Shown one piece after another: positions 8,846 to 16,663 of a stretch of 64,000 bases of DNA. The notes beneath the pieces were generated by a model. The model was not told the origin of the DNA and did not search any database. It was given only the letters and a program-made list of their open reading frames with translations. The position numbers and the translations under genes were made by a program. This stretch comes from Eubacterium sp. (GTDB taxonomy: Bacteria > Bacillota > Clostridia > Lachnospirales > Lachnospiraceae), in NCBI GenBank assembly GCA_024683035.1, contig JAIKYQ010000127.1:3821-67820 (forward strand). Direction: 5' to 3'. Position 1 is the first letter of the stretch; every line of letters begins with the position of its first letter.

Positions 8846-11191
8846 TTATCCTACCTCATCATAAATTGCGTCTTCTAATTCCTGCACTGCTTTTAAATAT
8901 CCGTCTTTTCCGCCAAAATAGGATGATATCTTTGCGGGTTTACCGTATTTCTGGAATGGATCGAGTCTCAAAATCTCTGCTTTGTCGATTTCATATATGC
9001 CAAGATTCATATACTTGTCCAGCAGAGCTTCCAGAATCTCGCGTGCTACGCCGCTGTATTTACTGAGGAAGTCCCGCTTCTTGACATTGTTTGCCCTCTC
9101 TTTCCGGGTAAGCGGTTTCTTATCATAGGCCACATGGCAGATGAAATCAAAATCATCCACATCCGTCATACCTTGCTCATCTTTCATCAGATCCAGATCG
9201 ATCCCGCGCTCCCGGAGCATATCGCGGATCTTTTCCTTCTTAGGATCATTCCGCCACTCCCGTATGAATTTATCCAGAGTGGCATATTCTCCACGGATGT
9301 TTGCCTTGGTGTAATCTGTAATACTCTCCTGACGGAGCAGCTTTCCGTTAGCATCATAAACAGAAACTGTTTTATGAATGATCTCTACCCGGCACCCGTT
9401 TTTATCGACTACAGGTTTGATCTTTGGTTCAGGAGGATCAATTGGAGGCACGGGTGGAAAAGGCGGCTCCGGACCCGGTCCCGGACCTGGCTTAGGTGGA
9501 AATCCCGGATAGACTTCGATGGGACCGTCCCATTCAGGATCCGAAAACAACCGCGTAACATTACGGAAGTCCATGACCATGAAGTGTGTCTTGCCTTCTT
9601 TCTCCCTAAGACGTGTGCCTCGTCCTATGATCTGCTTGAATTCCGTCATAGAGCCGATCATTTCATCCAACACGATCAGCTTTGTCATTTTGCAGTCCGC
9701 ACCTGTAGAGAGCAGCTTTGATGTCGTAGCAATGACTGGATACGGAGTGGATACAGATATAAAGTAGCCCAGCTTGCTCTTTCCGTAGACATCACTTCCA
9801 GTTATTCTGACCACATAGTCCGGGTTCTTCTTGACCATGTCTGCATTCAGATTTACAAGAGCAATCCTCATACGCTCAGCAGCATCCTCTGTGGCACAGA
9901 AAACAATGGTCTTTGCCATACGGTCTGTAGCTTTGAGATACTTGGTGATCTCGGAAGCCACCTGCTGAATACGATCTTCGATAATAATGTTGTAATCGTA
10001 ATCGCTGTTGGTATAGACACGATCCTCGATGAGGTTTCCGTATTTGTCACGTTGGCCTTTGCGTGGTCGCCATCCATCGCCGATATCCGTCGTGATATTG
10101 ATGACTTTGAACGGAGCAAGGAAGCCATCCTCGATGCCCTCTTTCAGACTGTATGTATAGATCGGATCTCCAAAATAGGTAATGTTGGAAATGTACTTAG
10201 TCTCCTTCGGAGTAGCGGTCATGCCAATCTGCGTAGCAGAACTGAAGTATTCCAAAATCCTGCGCCAACGACTTTCTTCTTTTGCAGAACCACGATGGCA
10301 CTCGTCCACAATAATGAGGTCGAAAAAATCTGGATTGAACAATTCGGAGAAGTGCTCCTGTTCATCATCTCCGACAAGCTGCTGATACAGTGAAAAGTAG
10401 ACTTCATGAGATGTAATCGTGCTCCGATCATCCTTTGCAACGTTGATCTTATGGATCACTTTTTCCAACGGTGCAAAATCCTGCTGAATGGACTGATCCA
10501 CAAGAATATTTCGATCGGCCAAATATAAAACCTTTCGCTTCATTCCACTCTGGAGCAGGCGATATACAATCTGGAATGCAGTATAAGTTTTACCGGTACC
10601 TGTTGCCATGACAAGTAAAATCCGGTTCTGCCCCTGGGCAATAGCATCAAGCGTGCGGTTAATAGCAATACGCTGATAATACCGGGGCGGATATGTACTC
10701 TGACTGCTGTAATATGGCTGATCCAGTATTTTTTCCTGATTAGGCGTTATACCACTACCCCCGTTACGTTCAGCCTTGTAACGGGCAATCAGCTCTTTCT
10801 CAGTAGGAAACTCATCGAGACCGATTTCCTGTTCTTTTCCAGTCAGAAAATCATGCTCCATAAACCCATCGCCATTGGAGCTATATGCAAAGGGAAGATC
10901 CAGCATCTGCGCATAGGTCATGGCTTGCTGCAGGCCAAAGGATATGCTGTGGTTATTATCTTTTGCCTCAATCACTGCAATGGGATTGTTTGCGTTCAGG
11001 TAAAGCAGGTAGTCAGCACGCTTCGGCGTTTCCCGGAAGACAAAGTTACCCTTGAGATTGATTCGTCCATCTGTGATCTGCGTCTCCATCGTAATCTTAT
11101 GGATATCCCATTTGGAAGTAACCGCCGGAGTGATATATTGAAGCTTGATATCTTCTTCTGACATCTGCTTTTTGGAAAGAATTGTACTCAT
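8846..11191 (-). CDS. hsdR: Type I restriction endonuclease subunit R (EcoAI / type IB-like)
   Basis: ADYLL...VIEAK nuclease motif, MATGTGKT, DECHRGS, GMTATP, QIIGRGTR. Start at 11191 after GAGGAGG. Confidence 0.95.
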   Translation of the reverse strand: MSTILSKKQMSEEDIKLQYITPAVTSKWDIHKITMETQITDGRINLKGNFVFRETPKRADYLLYLNANNPIAVIEAKDNNHSISFGLQQAMTYAQMLDLPFAYSSNGDGFMEHDFLTGKEQEIGLDEFPTEKELIARYKAERNGGSGITPNQEKILDQPYYSSQSTYPPRYYQRIAINRTLDAIAQGQNRILLVMATGTGKTYTAFQIVYRLLQSGMKRKVLYLADRNILVDQSIQQDFAPLEKVIHKINVAKDDRSTITSHEVYFSLYQQLVGDDEQEHFSELFNPDFFDLIIVDECHRGSAKEESRWRRILEYFSSATQIGMTATPKETKYISNITYFGDPIYTYSLKEGIEDGFLAPFKVINITTDIGDGWRPRKGQRDKYGNLIEDRVYTNSDYDYNIIIEDRIQQVASEITKYLKATDRMAKTIVFCATEDAAERMRIALVNLNADMVKKNPDYVVRITGSDVYGKSKLGYFISVSTPYPVIATTSKLLSTGADCKMTKLIVLDEMIGSMTEFKQIIGRGTRLREKEGKTHFMVMDFRNVTRLFSDPEWDGPIEVYPGFPPKPGPGPGPEPPFPPVPPIDPPEPKIKPVVDKNGCRVEIIHKTVSVYDANGKLLRQESITDYTKANIRGEYATLDKFIREWRNDPKKEKIRDMLRERGIDLDLMKDEQGMTDVDDFDFICHVAYDKKPLTRKERANNVKKRDFLSKYSGVAREILEALLDKYMNLGIYEIDKAEILRLDPFQKYGKPAKISSYFGGKDGYLKAVQELEDAIYDEVG

Positions 11192-11477
11192 CGGCACAAG
11201 CCTCCTCAATATAAAACACATAGATATTTTATTATATCATATTCTTTGTATAGTATGCTTTGCCTTTTAGTGCGAATTTCATCGTCTCTACGCCGATGAT
11301 TGCATCTATAATCCCCCTTGGCCTCCGACTGCTGACTGCAAATGTACGAGCCCATTCCCCCAAGGGAAATAGCAAGGTTTTCATGGCGATCTCAATCGCT
11401 GTCCGATTATTTCTGATATCAATTCTCCCTCTGAATTTTATTTACGGAGCATGCATCGACTGCTTAACTGGCACGAT

Positions 11478-11560
11478 AGCGCAGAACCGGAAACAGGGCG
11501 CGTCAAGGGTCACGATAAACGGCCCATGGCCGCCCTTGTACGCTTTTCCGAACCTGCGCT
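11478..11560. promoter_or_regulatory. Long imperfect hairpin upstream of the ssb cluster, candidate single-stranded-DNA promoter or origin
   Basis: Nested arms AGCGCAG/CTGCGCT, CGGAAA/TTTCCG, CAAGGG/CCCTTG. Confidence 0.5.
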
Positions 11561-11627
11561 TTTACGTGGCCATCGCAGCCACGAAGCTGCAGCACCTTGA
11601 AAATAAAAAATCCACGGGAGGAAGCTT

Positions 11628-11915
11628 ATGTTTATCGAAATAACCGGCTACGCGATCATCGATCGCAGGTACATCGTAGTGGAATCCATCGACGTTAGTG
11701 AGATGCAGCTGATGCGTCTTGAACGGCGGGATGACGGATGTGAACGTGAAATCACATTCATGTTTGACACCAAGGATCCAAAAGCCTCTGCGTATATTTA
11801 CAGATGGTTACGAAAGCATAAAAGCAAAGATGCAAGCACGCTCGGAGAGAGTCTCCGCTCAGTTGTAGGTCGTGTTTGTGAATTATCAGGATACTATAGG
11901 GTCTGGGACGAGTAA
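11628..11915 (+). CDS. Hypothetical protein (95 aa)
   Basis: Strong GGGAGGA RBS and ATG. First gene of the plus-strand cluster. Confidence 0.7.
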   Translation: MFIEITGYAIIDRRYIVVESIDVSEMQLMRLERRDDGCEREITFMFDTKDPKASAYIYRWLRKHKSKDASTLGESLRSVVGRVCELSGYYRVWDE

Positions 11916-11940
11916 GTCCCGGACCTTTAGTAGTGCAGCC

Positions 11941-12065
11941 GATGTGTTGACAGCAGGAACCCGGCGGTGTGACAGCAGGCCATTTGGACAGCCGTACAGC
12001 CATAAAGGCATTGGCCGGCTGGCCAAACAAGCCTATCACACCGCATTACCTACTATCAACACATC
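11941..12065. promoter_or_regulatory. 125-nt imperfect hairpin directly upstream of ssb, candidate Frpo-like ssDNA promoter
   Basis: GATGTGTTGA/TCAACACATC, GCGGTGTGA/TCACACCGC, TTTGG/CCAAA, CAGCCG/CGGCTG. TTGACA lies within the stem. Confidence 0.55.
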
Positions 12066-12103
12066 TTTTTACATACCTTGTAATGCAAAGAAAGGAGAGA
12101 ACC

Positions 12104-12466
12104 ATGTATAACCCGAACAACTTTGGAGTCCTCACAGGCCGCGTAAGCACCGCACCAAAAATCTTCCCCTGTGCGACAGGCAGTATCATGATCCTGACCG
12201 TTGCAAGCCGCAGGAATTATGGCGAAAGGATATCAGACTTCATTTCATTCCGTCAGTATTTCCCGGAGGATGTAACTTGGTATACGGATATCAACGTTGG
12301 TGATAAGGTCACTGTCACATACCAGATGCAATCCGGCACAAGGGACACTGAGGAAGGAAAACAGTACTTCCAGAACTGCGTTATTACTCATCTGGAATTC
12401 GTCGAACCGAGATCAACACGGGATGCCAGAAGAAAGGAGAAGGCAAAAAAGAAGAATCACCGTTGA
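12104..12466 (+). CDS. ssb: Single-stranded DNA-binding protein (OB fold, no acidic tail)
   Basis: NNFGVLTGRV...LTVASRRNY...SDFI...VGDKVTV...LEFVE pattern. AAAGGAGA RBS before ATG 12104. Confidence 0.75.
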   Translation: MYNPNNFGVLTGRVSTAPKIFPCATGSIMILTVASRRNYGERISDFISFRQYFPEDVTWYTDINVGDKVTVTYQMQSGTRDTEEGKQYFQNCVITHLEFVEPRSTRDARRKEKAKKKNHR

Positions 12467-12482
12467 TAGTACCCATTGTTGC

Positions 12483-12520
12483 GAGCGCGATTGGAGAACT
12501 GGTCGCGCTCCTTTGTTTTC
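12483..12520 (+). terminator. Intrinsic terminator after ssb
   Basis: GAGCGCGA...TCGCGCTC followed by CTTTGTTTT. Confidence 0.6.
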
Positions 12521-12553
12521 ACAGGCCAAATAGTAGAAAGAGAGGAACGATTG

Positions 12554-13402
12554 ATGAACACCGCAATTATAGCTAAAACAGATGAAGTAAACTCCATTCT
12601 CGCAGAACACGGATCAGACATCCGGCTGGTTATTCAGAAAAACAGCAATAAGGACGTATGCAGACAAGGTATCATCGTCCAGAATGGAATGGCAAAGCAA
12701 AATCCCGTTATATATCCAAGTATGGATTTTTTGACCGGCAACGCTGAAGAGATTGCGAAACAGGTGCAGGATTTCTATGACACGCATGCTATCACGATCA
12801 ATGTGAAGCCACTTTTAGAGGCAGGGCATATCCGATCTGCTATCCGTCCAAGACTGCTGTCTATAGACAATCGATCGGATCTGCAGAACAGGAACCTGGC
12901 TCTTACTGAGTATGTGGGGGGACTGGTAATAGCCTTTTATCTGCCCACCGGCGATAATGGATACCTGCAGATTACAAATGCCATCCTGGAACAAGCGGGA
13001 ATGAGCGTTGAACAAGCACTTGCGTGTGCCGTGCAAAACATTGAACCAGATATCACGTTTCAGCCACTAAGCGAAAAACTGGGGGAGCTGTCCGAGATGG
13101 ATCCATCACTTTACACCAGCCCTCTGTGGATCCTTTCAACCTCGGATTCGTATAACGGTGCCGCAGCGATCCTGTCTGATCCATGGCGCAAAAAAATCTC
13201 TACACAACTCGGTGGTGATTTTTTCGTTTTACCGTCCAGCCGACATGAGATGCTTGTCTTCCGGGATGATGGTTGGACAGATGCCGCCATGCTGTATAAT
13301 ATGGTGTCTGAAATCAATCTGTCGCTGCTGCAGGCAGAGGACTTCTTGATCGACCAGGTGTTTTATTACTCGGTAAAGACAGGCTTACAAGGCTTGTTTT
13401 AA
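12554..13402 (+). CDS. DUF5688-like protein
   Basis: LWILS...YNGAAAIL...GGDFFVLPSSRHEML...MVSEIN...L.DQVFYY pattern recalled for this family. Confidence 0.75.
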   Translation: MNTAIIAKTDEVNSILAEHGSDIRLVIQKNSNKDVCRQGIIVQNGMAKQNPVIYPSMDFLTGNAEEIAKQVQDFYDTHAITINVKPLLEAGHIRSAIRPRLLSIDNRSDLQNRNLALTEYVGGLVIAFYLPTGDNGYLQITNAILEQAGMSVEQALACAVQNIEPDITFQPLSEKLGELSEMDPSLYTSPLWILSTSDSYNGAAAILSDPWRKKISTQLGGDFFVLPSSRHEMLVFRDDGWTDAAMLYNMVSEINLSLLQAEDFLIDQVFYYSVKTGLQGLF

Positions 13403-13417
13403 TTCAGCCAAATATCA

Positions 13418-13445
13418 AGCGGAGCCCTGAAAGGGGCTCCGTTTC
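13418..13445 (+). terminator. Hairpin after the DUF5688-like gene
   Basis: GCGGAGCCC-TGAAAG-GGGCTCCGT followed by a short T-run. Confidence 0.55.
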
Positions 13446-13463
13446 AATGATAAGGAGTATAAC

Positions 13464-13922
13464 ATGAATCCGTATAAAAAGCTTAGAGATGAACAACAAG
13501 ATGAGGTAAACTCGTTCCCTTTGGGAGTCGCTTTTGGAAACAAACAATTCGTGGATATGATGCGTAAATGGGATTTGTGTCATGGTTCTGATGGTCAACC
13601 GACAGATGACGATTATAAACAAATCGCCTCGGTCGGCGCAGGGGTCTTTATTCTTAAAAAGGATGCTGCAGACCTGAAGCAGATGATGTCCCGGCACAAG
13701 GACGAGCTGGAAGCAGCTATCGCTGCGGATCATGACGGCTGTGGTTTTATCAAGGACATGTTTATATATGAGTTGCAGAATCACGAATACCCATATACTG
13801 GAGATCCTGAAGATGCGCTGGAAGCATGTGGCCTGACATACCATCAGGTAATGCAAGACGAACGATTACGAAAAGGATTTTTATTAGCCAGAAGCGAGGT
13901 CCTGGCAGACGAGGAGTGGTAA
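13464..13922 (+). CDS. Conserved hypothetical protein typical of Firmicutes mobile elements
   Basis: AAGGAG RBS; motifs FPLGVAFGNKQF, GAGVF, MFIYELQNHEY. Confidence 0.75.
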   Translation: MNPYKKLRDEQQDEVNSFPLGVAFGNKQFVDMMRKWDLCHGSDGQPTDDDYKQIASVGAGVFILKKDAADLKQMMSRHKDELEAAIAADHDGCGFIKDMFIYELQNHEYPYTGDPEDALEACGLTYHQVMQDERLRKGFLLARSEVLADEEW

Positions 13923-14384
13923 ATGATCAATGAATATGTTATGGAACTCTCAGATCTGAAATGCCCTACGCTGGTTCTGGAGAATATGTATGACTATGAC
14001 TCCGACCATCTGGATACTGCTGGCAAGGCCGTTGCTATGCTTAGACAGTGTGTGCGTCTGGACAAACGCTGTGAAGAACACGTGTATATGATATGCTTTG
14101 ATACCCAAAAATCCGTGATAGCGGTTTTTGAAATATCACACGGTACAGTCGCTGCAACGCTGTGTGAAAGAAGAGAAATCCTTATGCGGATTTTGATATG
14201 TGGAGCCAGCTCATATACCATTGTACACAACCACCCTTCGGGCGATCCACATCCCAGCCAGCAGGATCATGCTGCATGTAATTTGATCAAAAATGCATCA
14301 GACATTATTGGGATCCCAATGCTTGACTTCATCATCATAGGTCGGAATTCACACTATTCATTTTATGAAGAATCCTGGATATGA
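13923..14384 (+). CDS. RadC-like JAB/MPN domain protein (standalone)
   Basis: EEHVY...SHGTV...REIL...VHNHPSGDPHPSQQD...GIPMLDFIIIG, an intact JAMM motif. Confidence 0.9.
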   Translation: MINEYVMELSDLKCPTLVLENMYDYDSDHLDTAGKAVAMLRQCVRLDKRCEEHVYMICFDTQKSVIAVFEISHGTVAATLCERREILMRILICGASSYTIVHNHPSGDPHPSQQDHAACNLIKNASDIIGIPMLDFIIIGRNSHYSFYEESWI

Positions 14385-14385
14385 A

Positions 14386-14412
14386 AAGGAGCTGCCAGCA
14401 TGGCAGCTCCTT
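14386..14412. terminator. Hairpin between convergent genes, probably a bidirectional terminator
   Basis: AAGGAGCTGCC-AGCAT-GGCAGCTCCTT. Confidence 0.65.
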
Positions 14413-14427
14413 AGAAAAGAAATGAAC

Positions 14428-14877
14428 TTAATCAATATTTACATAAACCAGTATGTCACATTTGAGTTCCCGTGCAGCAACAAAACGATGGCGCCCATCC
14501 GTACCGGAGTAAATGAATCCGTTACGTTTGCACTGAACCGTTACCGGGTTTTTGATCCATATGTCCAGAGAGCGCACCTTGATATCAGCAATTGCTTTTT
14601 TATCGTATTCGCTTGTATCTATATACCGTTTGCTATAGATATAATAATAGGGATCGTTCACAGGAATTTTTCCACTGAGAACATTCCGGAAATAGGGCTG
14701 GGAGTTTAAAAGCAATTGTTCATACTCGTATTTGCTTTTCCGCCCATAATAAAAGTCTGGTTCCTTTTCTCCGGGGACAAGCCCCCGGAGAATGGAACCA
14801 TTAACAACAGCGTAGTATCCGCCGGACGATTCGTCGGATACGCGCACTGCCTTTTCCCTAGATTTGAATAAATCCAT
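14428..14877 (-). CDS. Small protein with a C-terminal ParB/Srx-like motif
   Basis: IKNPVTV...YSGTDGRHRFVAARELK matches the PIxV...DG(R/H)HR..A core. GGAGGA RBS just after the relaxase stop. Confidence 0.6.
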   Translation of the reverse strand: MDLFKSREKAVRVSDESSGGYYAVVNGSILRGLVPGEKEPDFYYGRKSKYEYEQLLLNSQPYFRNVLSGKIPVNDPYYYIYSKRYIDTSEYDKKAIADIKVRSLDIWIKNPVTVQCKRNGFIYSGTDGRHRFVAARELKCDILVYVNID

Positions 14878-14892
14878 TGTATTATCCTCCTA

Positions 14893-16101
14893 TTAGTTTT
14901 TGATTTGTTGTTTTTGTAACTCTTCTATTTCTTGTTTGACTTTCAAGCTAAGTGATATGGATGCGGTAACTGCATTCTTCTGCCAAGCCGATGCAAGCGC
15001 TCGAGAGCTAAACCCACCCTTTATCGTTTGATAGACACCGTCCCGGTTTTCTGCGACACGATACATTCCAGGTGAATCAAGATCAGGAAGAATACGATAG
15101 TTTCTTGGATTGCTGATCTCTACATCCTGTCGCATGGACACGATGCTTTGAAGGACTCTGGAGTCTGGATATTCTGGAATCGACTCTGTCGGTTTTACAT
15201 CATATCCGATCGACTTCAGAATCCGGGAGCCGATTTTCTCAGTAATATCATCCAGTTCCCTGGTCAGATCTGAAACGCTCCCTTTCAACTGCTGCGCTTC
15301 TGTCTGCAATTGATCAACCAACCTGCTTTTATCCGTCAGCTCCGCAGCAAGGGCTTTGTTCTCTGTCATCAGGTGCTTATACTCTGGAAGGCTGGGTGCC
15401 GCAGTTATATGGACAATTTCTTTTTCCTGCTGCTGTACAAGCTCCTGCCGTTGCCTGATCATCTCCTCTTTGAATTGGATTTCTGTCAAGTGCTTTTTCA
15501 TGGACTCATGAACATAAGGCTCAAGCTTTTCAATTTGATTATCCGGATTAAAAGCATTCCATACTTCGATCCAGGCAAGTGTGAAATCCTGTCCGTCTTG
15601 CTGTAATTGTTGCAGAAACGATTTTGTAATTACGTTTTTAGCCTGTAATCTTCCTTCTTTTATCGGCATCCAGGCATATGTGGCATGAGGAGTGGTTTCG
15701 TCCAGATGGACAACCAACGACAGCAGCGCATCATTATCTACATGTCCGACAGTGCAGAGATAATCCCGGAACCATTTCGCCTTGTCCATAAAATATCGTC
15801 TGCATGTGTTGTTATCCCAACTGCGTGGGACGGATTCCACTGCCGAGCACAGAACAACTGCGTCCTTACGCACAGCGCGTCCCGTTATCTTTGACATGCT
15901 TTCTTTTGCTGCTTTGATTTCCGCCTGCCAGTCACACCCGGTGCCATCAGAATGCATGCCCACGTAAAGGTTTTCTTTTGATAACTCAGGCTGAACGTTA
16001 TTGCGGTACTGCTCATCATTCTTATATTCCCGGAACTGTTCTTTCCTAATACCGCCAATATCCGCTTGTTTGTATTTTTCGATATGCCAGTTGTATTGCA
16101 T
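14893..16101 (-). CDS. MOB-V (Mob_Pre) family relaxase, atypical motifs
   Basis: RAVRKDAVVL, VVHLDETTPH, MPIKEGRLQAK, LQQLQ and a coiled-coil C-terminus. AGGAGGAGG RBS before ATG 16101. oriT directly upstream. Confidence 0.85.
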   Translation of the reverse strand: MQYNWHIEKYKQADIGGIRKEQFREYKNDEQYRNNVQPELSKENLYVGMHSDGTGCDWQAEIKAAKESMSKITGRAVRKDAVVLCSAVESVPRSWDNNTCRRYFMDKAKWFRDYLCTVGHVDNDALLSLVVHLDETTPHATYAWMPIKEGRLQAKNVITKSFLQQLQQDGQDFTLAWIEVWNAFNPDNQIEKLEPYVHESMKKHLTEIQFKEEMIRQRQELVQQQEKEIVHITAAPSLPEYKHLMTENKALAAELTDKSRLVDQLQTEAQQLKGSVSDLTRELDDITEKIGSRILKSIGYDVKPTESIPEYPDSRVLQSIVSMRQDVEISNPRNYRILPDLDSPGMYRVAENRDGVYQTIKGGFSSRALASAWQKNAVTASISLSLKVKQEIEELQKQQIKN

Positions 16102-16140
16102 AACCTCCTCCTTTCTCACGATAGAGGTGTGTGGCCTTTG

Positions 16141-16168
16141 GTAAAGTATAGCCCAATATACTTCACAT
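16141..16168 (-). other. oriT / RSA-type nick region
   Basis: AAGTATA-GCCCAA-TATACTT inverted repeat; minus strand AAGTATATTGGGCTATACTTTAC resembles the pMV158/Tn4451-type RSA site. About 40 bp upstream of the relaxase start. Confidence 0.8.
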
Positions 16169-16260
16169 CCGCGAAGTAGTGGGCCCTGCCGGGGGCTGCC
16201 TCCAGCAGGGCTCCTACGCGGAGAGCGCTTCCTTTTCAAAAAAGGAAGCAAATTTGCGGA

Positions 16261-16584
16261 TCACCAGGGGTTATCCGCCTCTGCTTTATCCTCTGCGGAT
16301 AAAGCCGTTTTAGAAACCGTGTCCGCACTTGTTGCAGCGAAATGCTTCTGACACAGCTTAATGATCTGCTGATCGCTGGAAATCCATTCATACAAAGTAT
16401 CTGCATCAACCCCCATTTTTTCGGCAAATATCTGCCATCTGTCTTCTAAATTCCAACGATGCATCAATTCACTCTTGCGCGAGTCTGCTTCATGCAGAAA
16501 CTCCTCCTCTGCACGTGCTACACGTTTGGCTTTCGCCTGCAAATCCAACAGGAGTTTCCGCTCGCGTTCTGACATTCTTTCCAT
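16261..16584 (-). CDS. Hypothetical protein, possible mobilization accessory factor
   Basis: AAAGGAGA RBS, helical charged protein between the coupling protein and oriT. Confidence 0.65.
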   Translation of the reverse strand: MERMSERERKLLLDLQAKAKRVARAEEEFLHEADSRKSELMHRWNLEDRWQIFAEKMGVDADTLYEWISSDQQIIKLCQKHFAATSADTVSKTALSAEDKAEADNPW

Positions 16585-16663
16585 GTAATTTCTCCTTTCT
16601 GTCTGACACGGAGTTTATATGGCATAAGACATGATCGGTGATTCGTGTCAGACATACTTGTTG

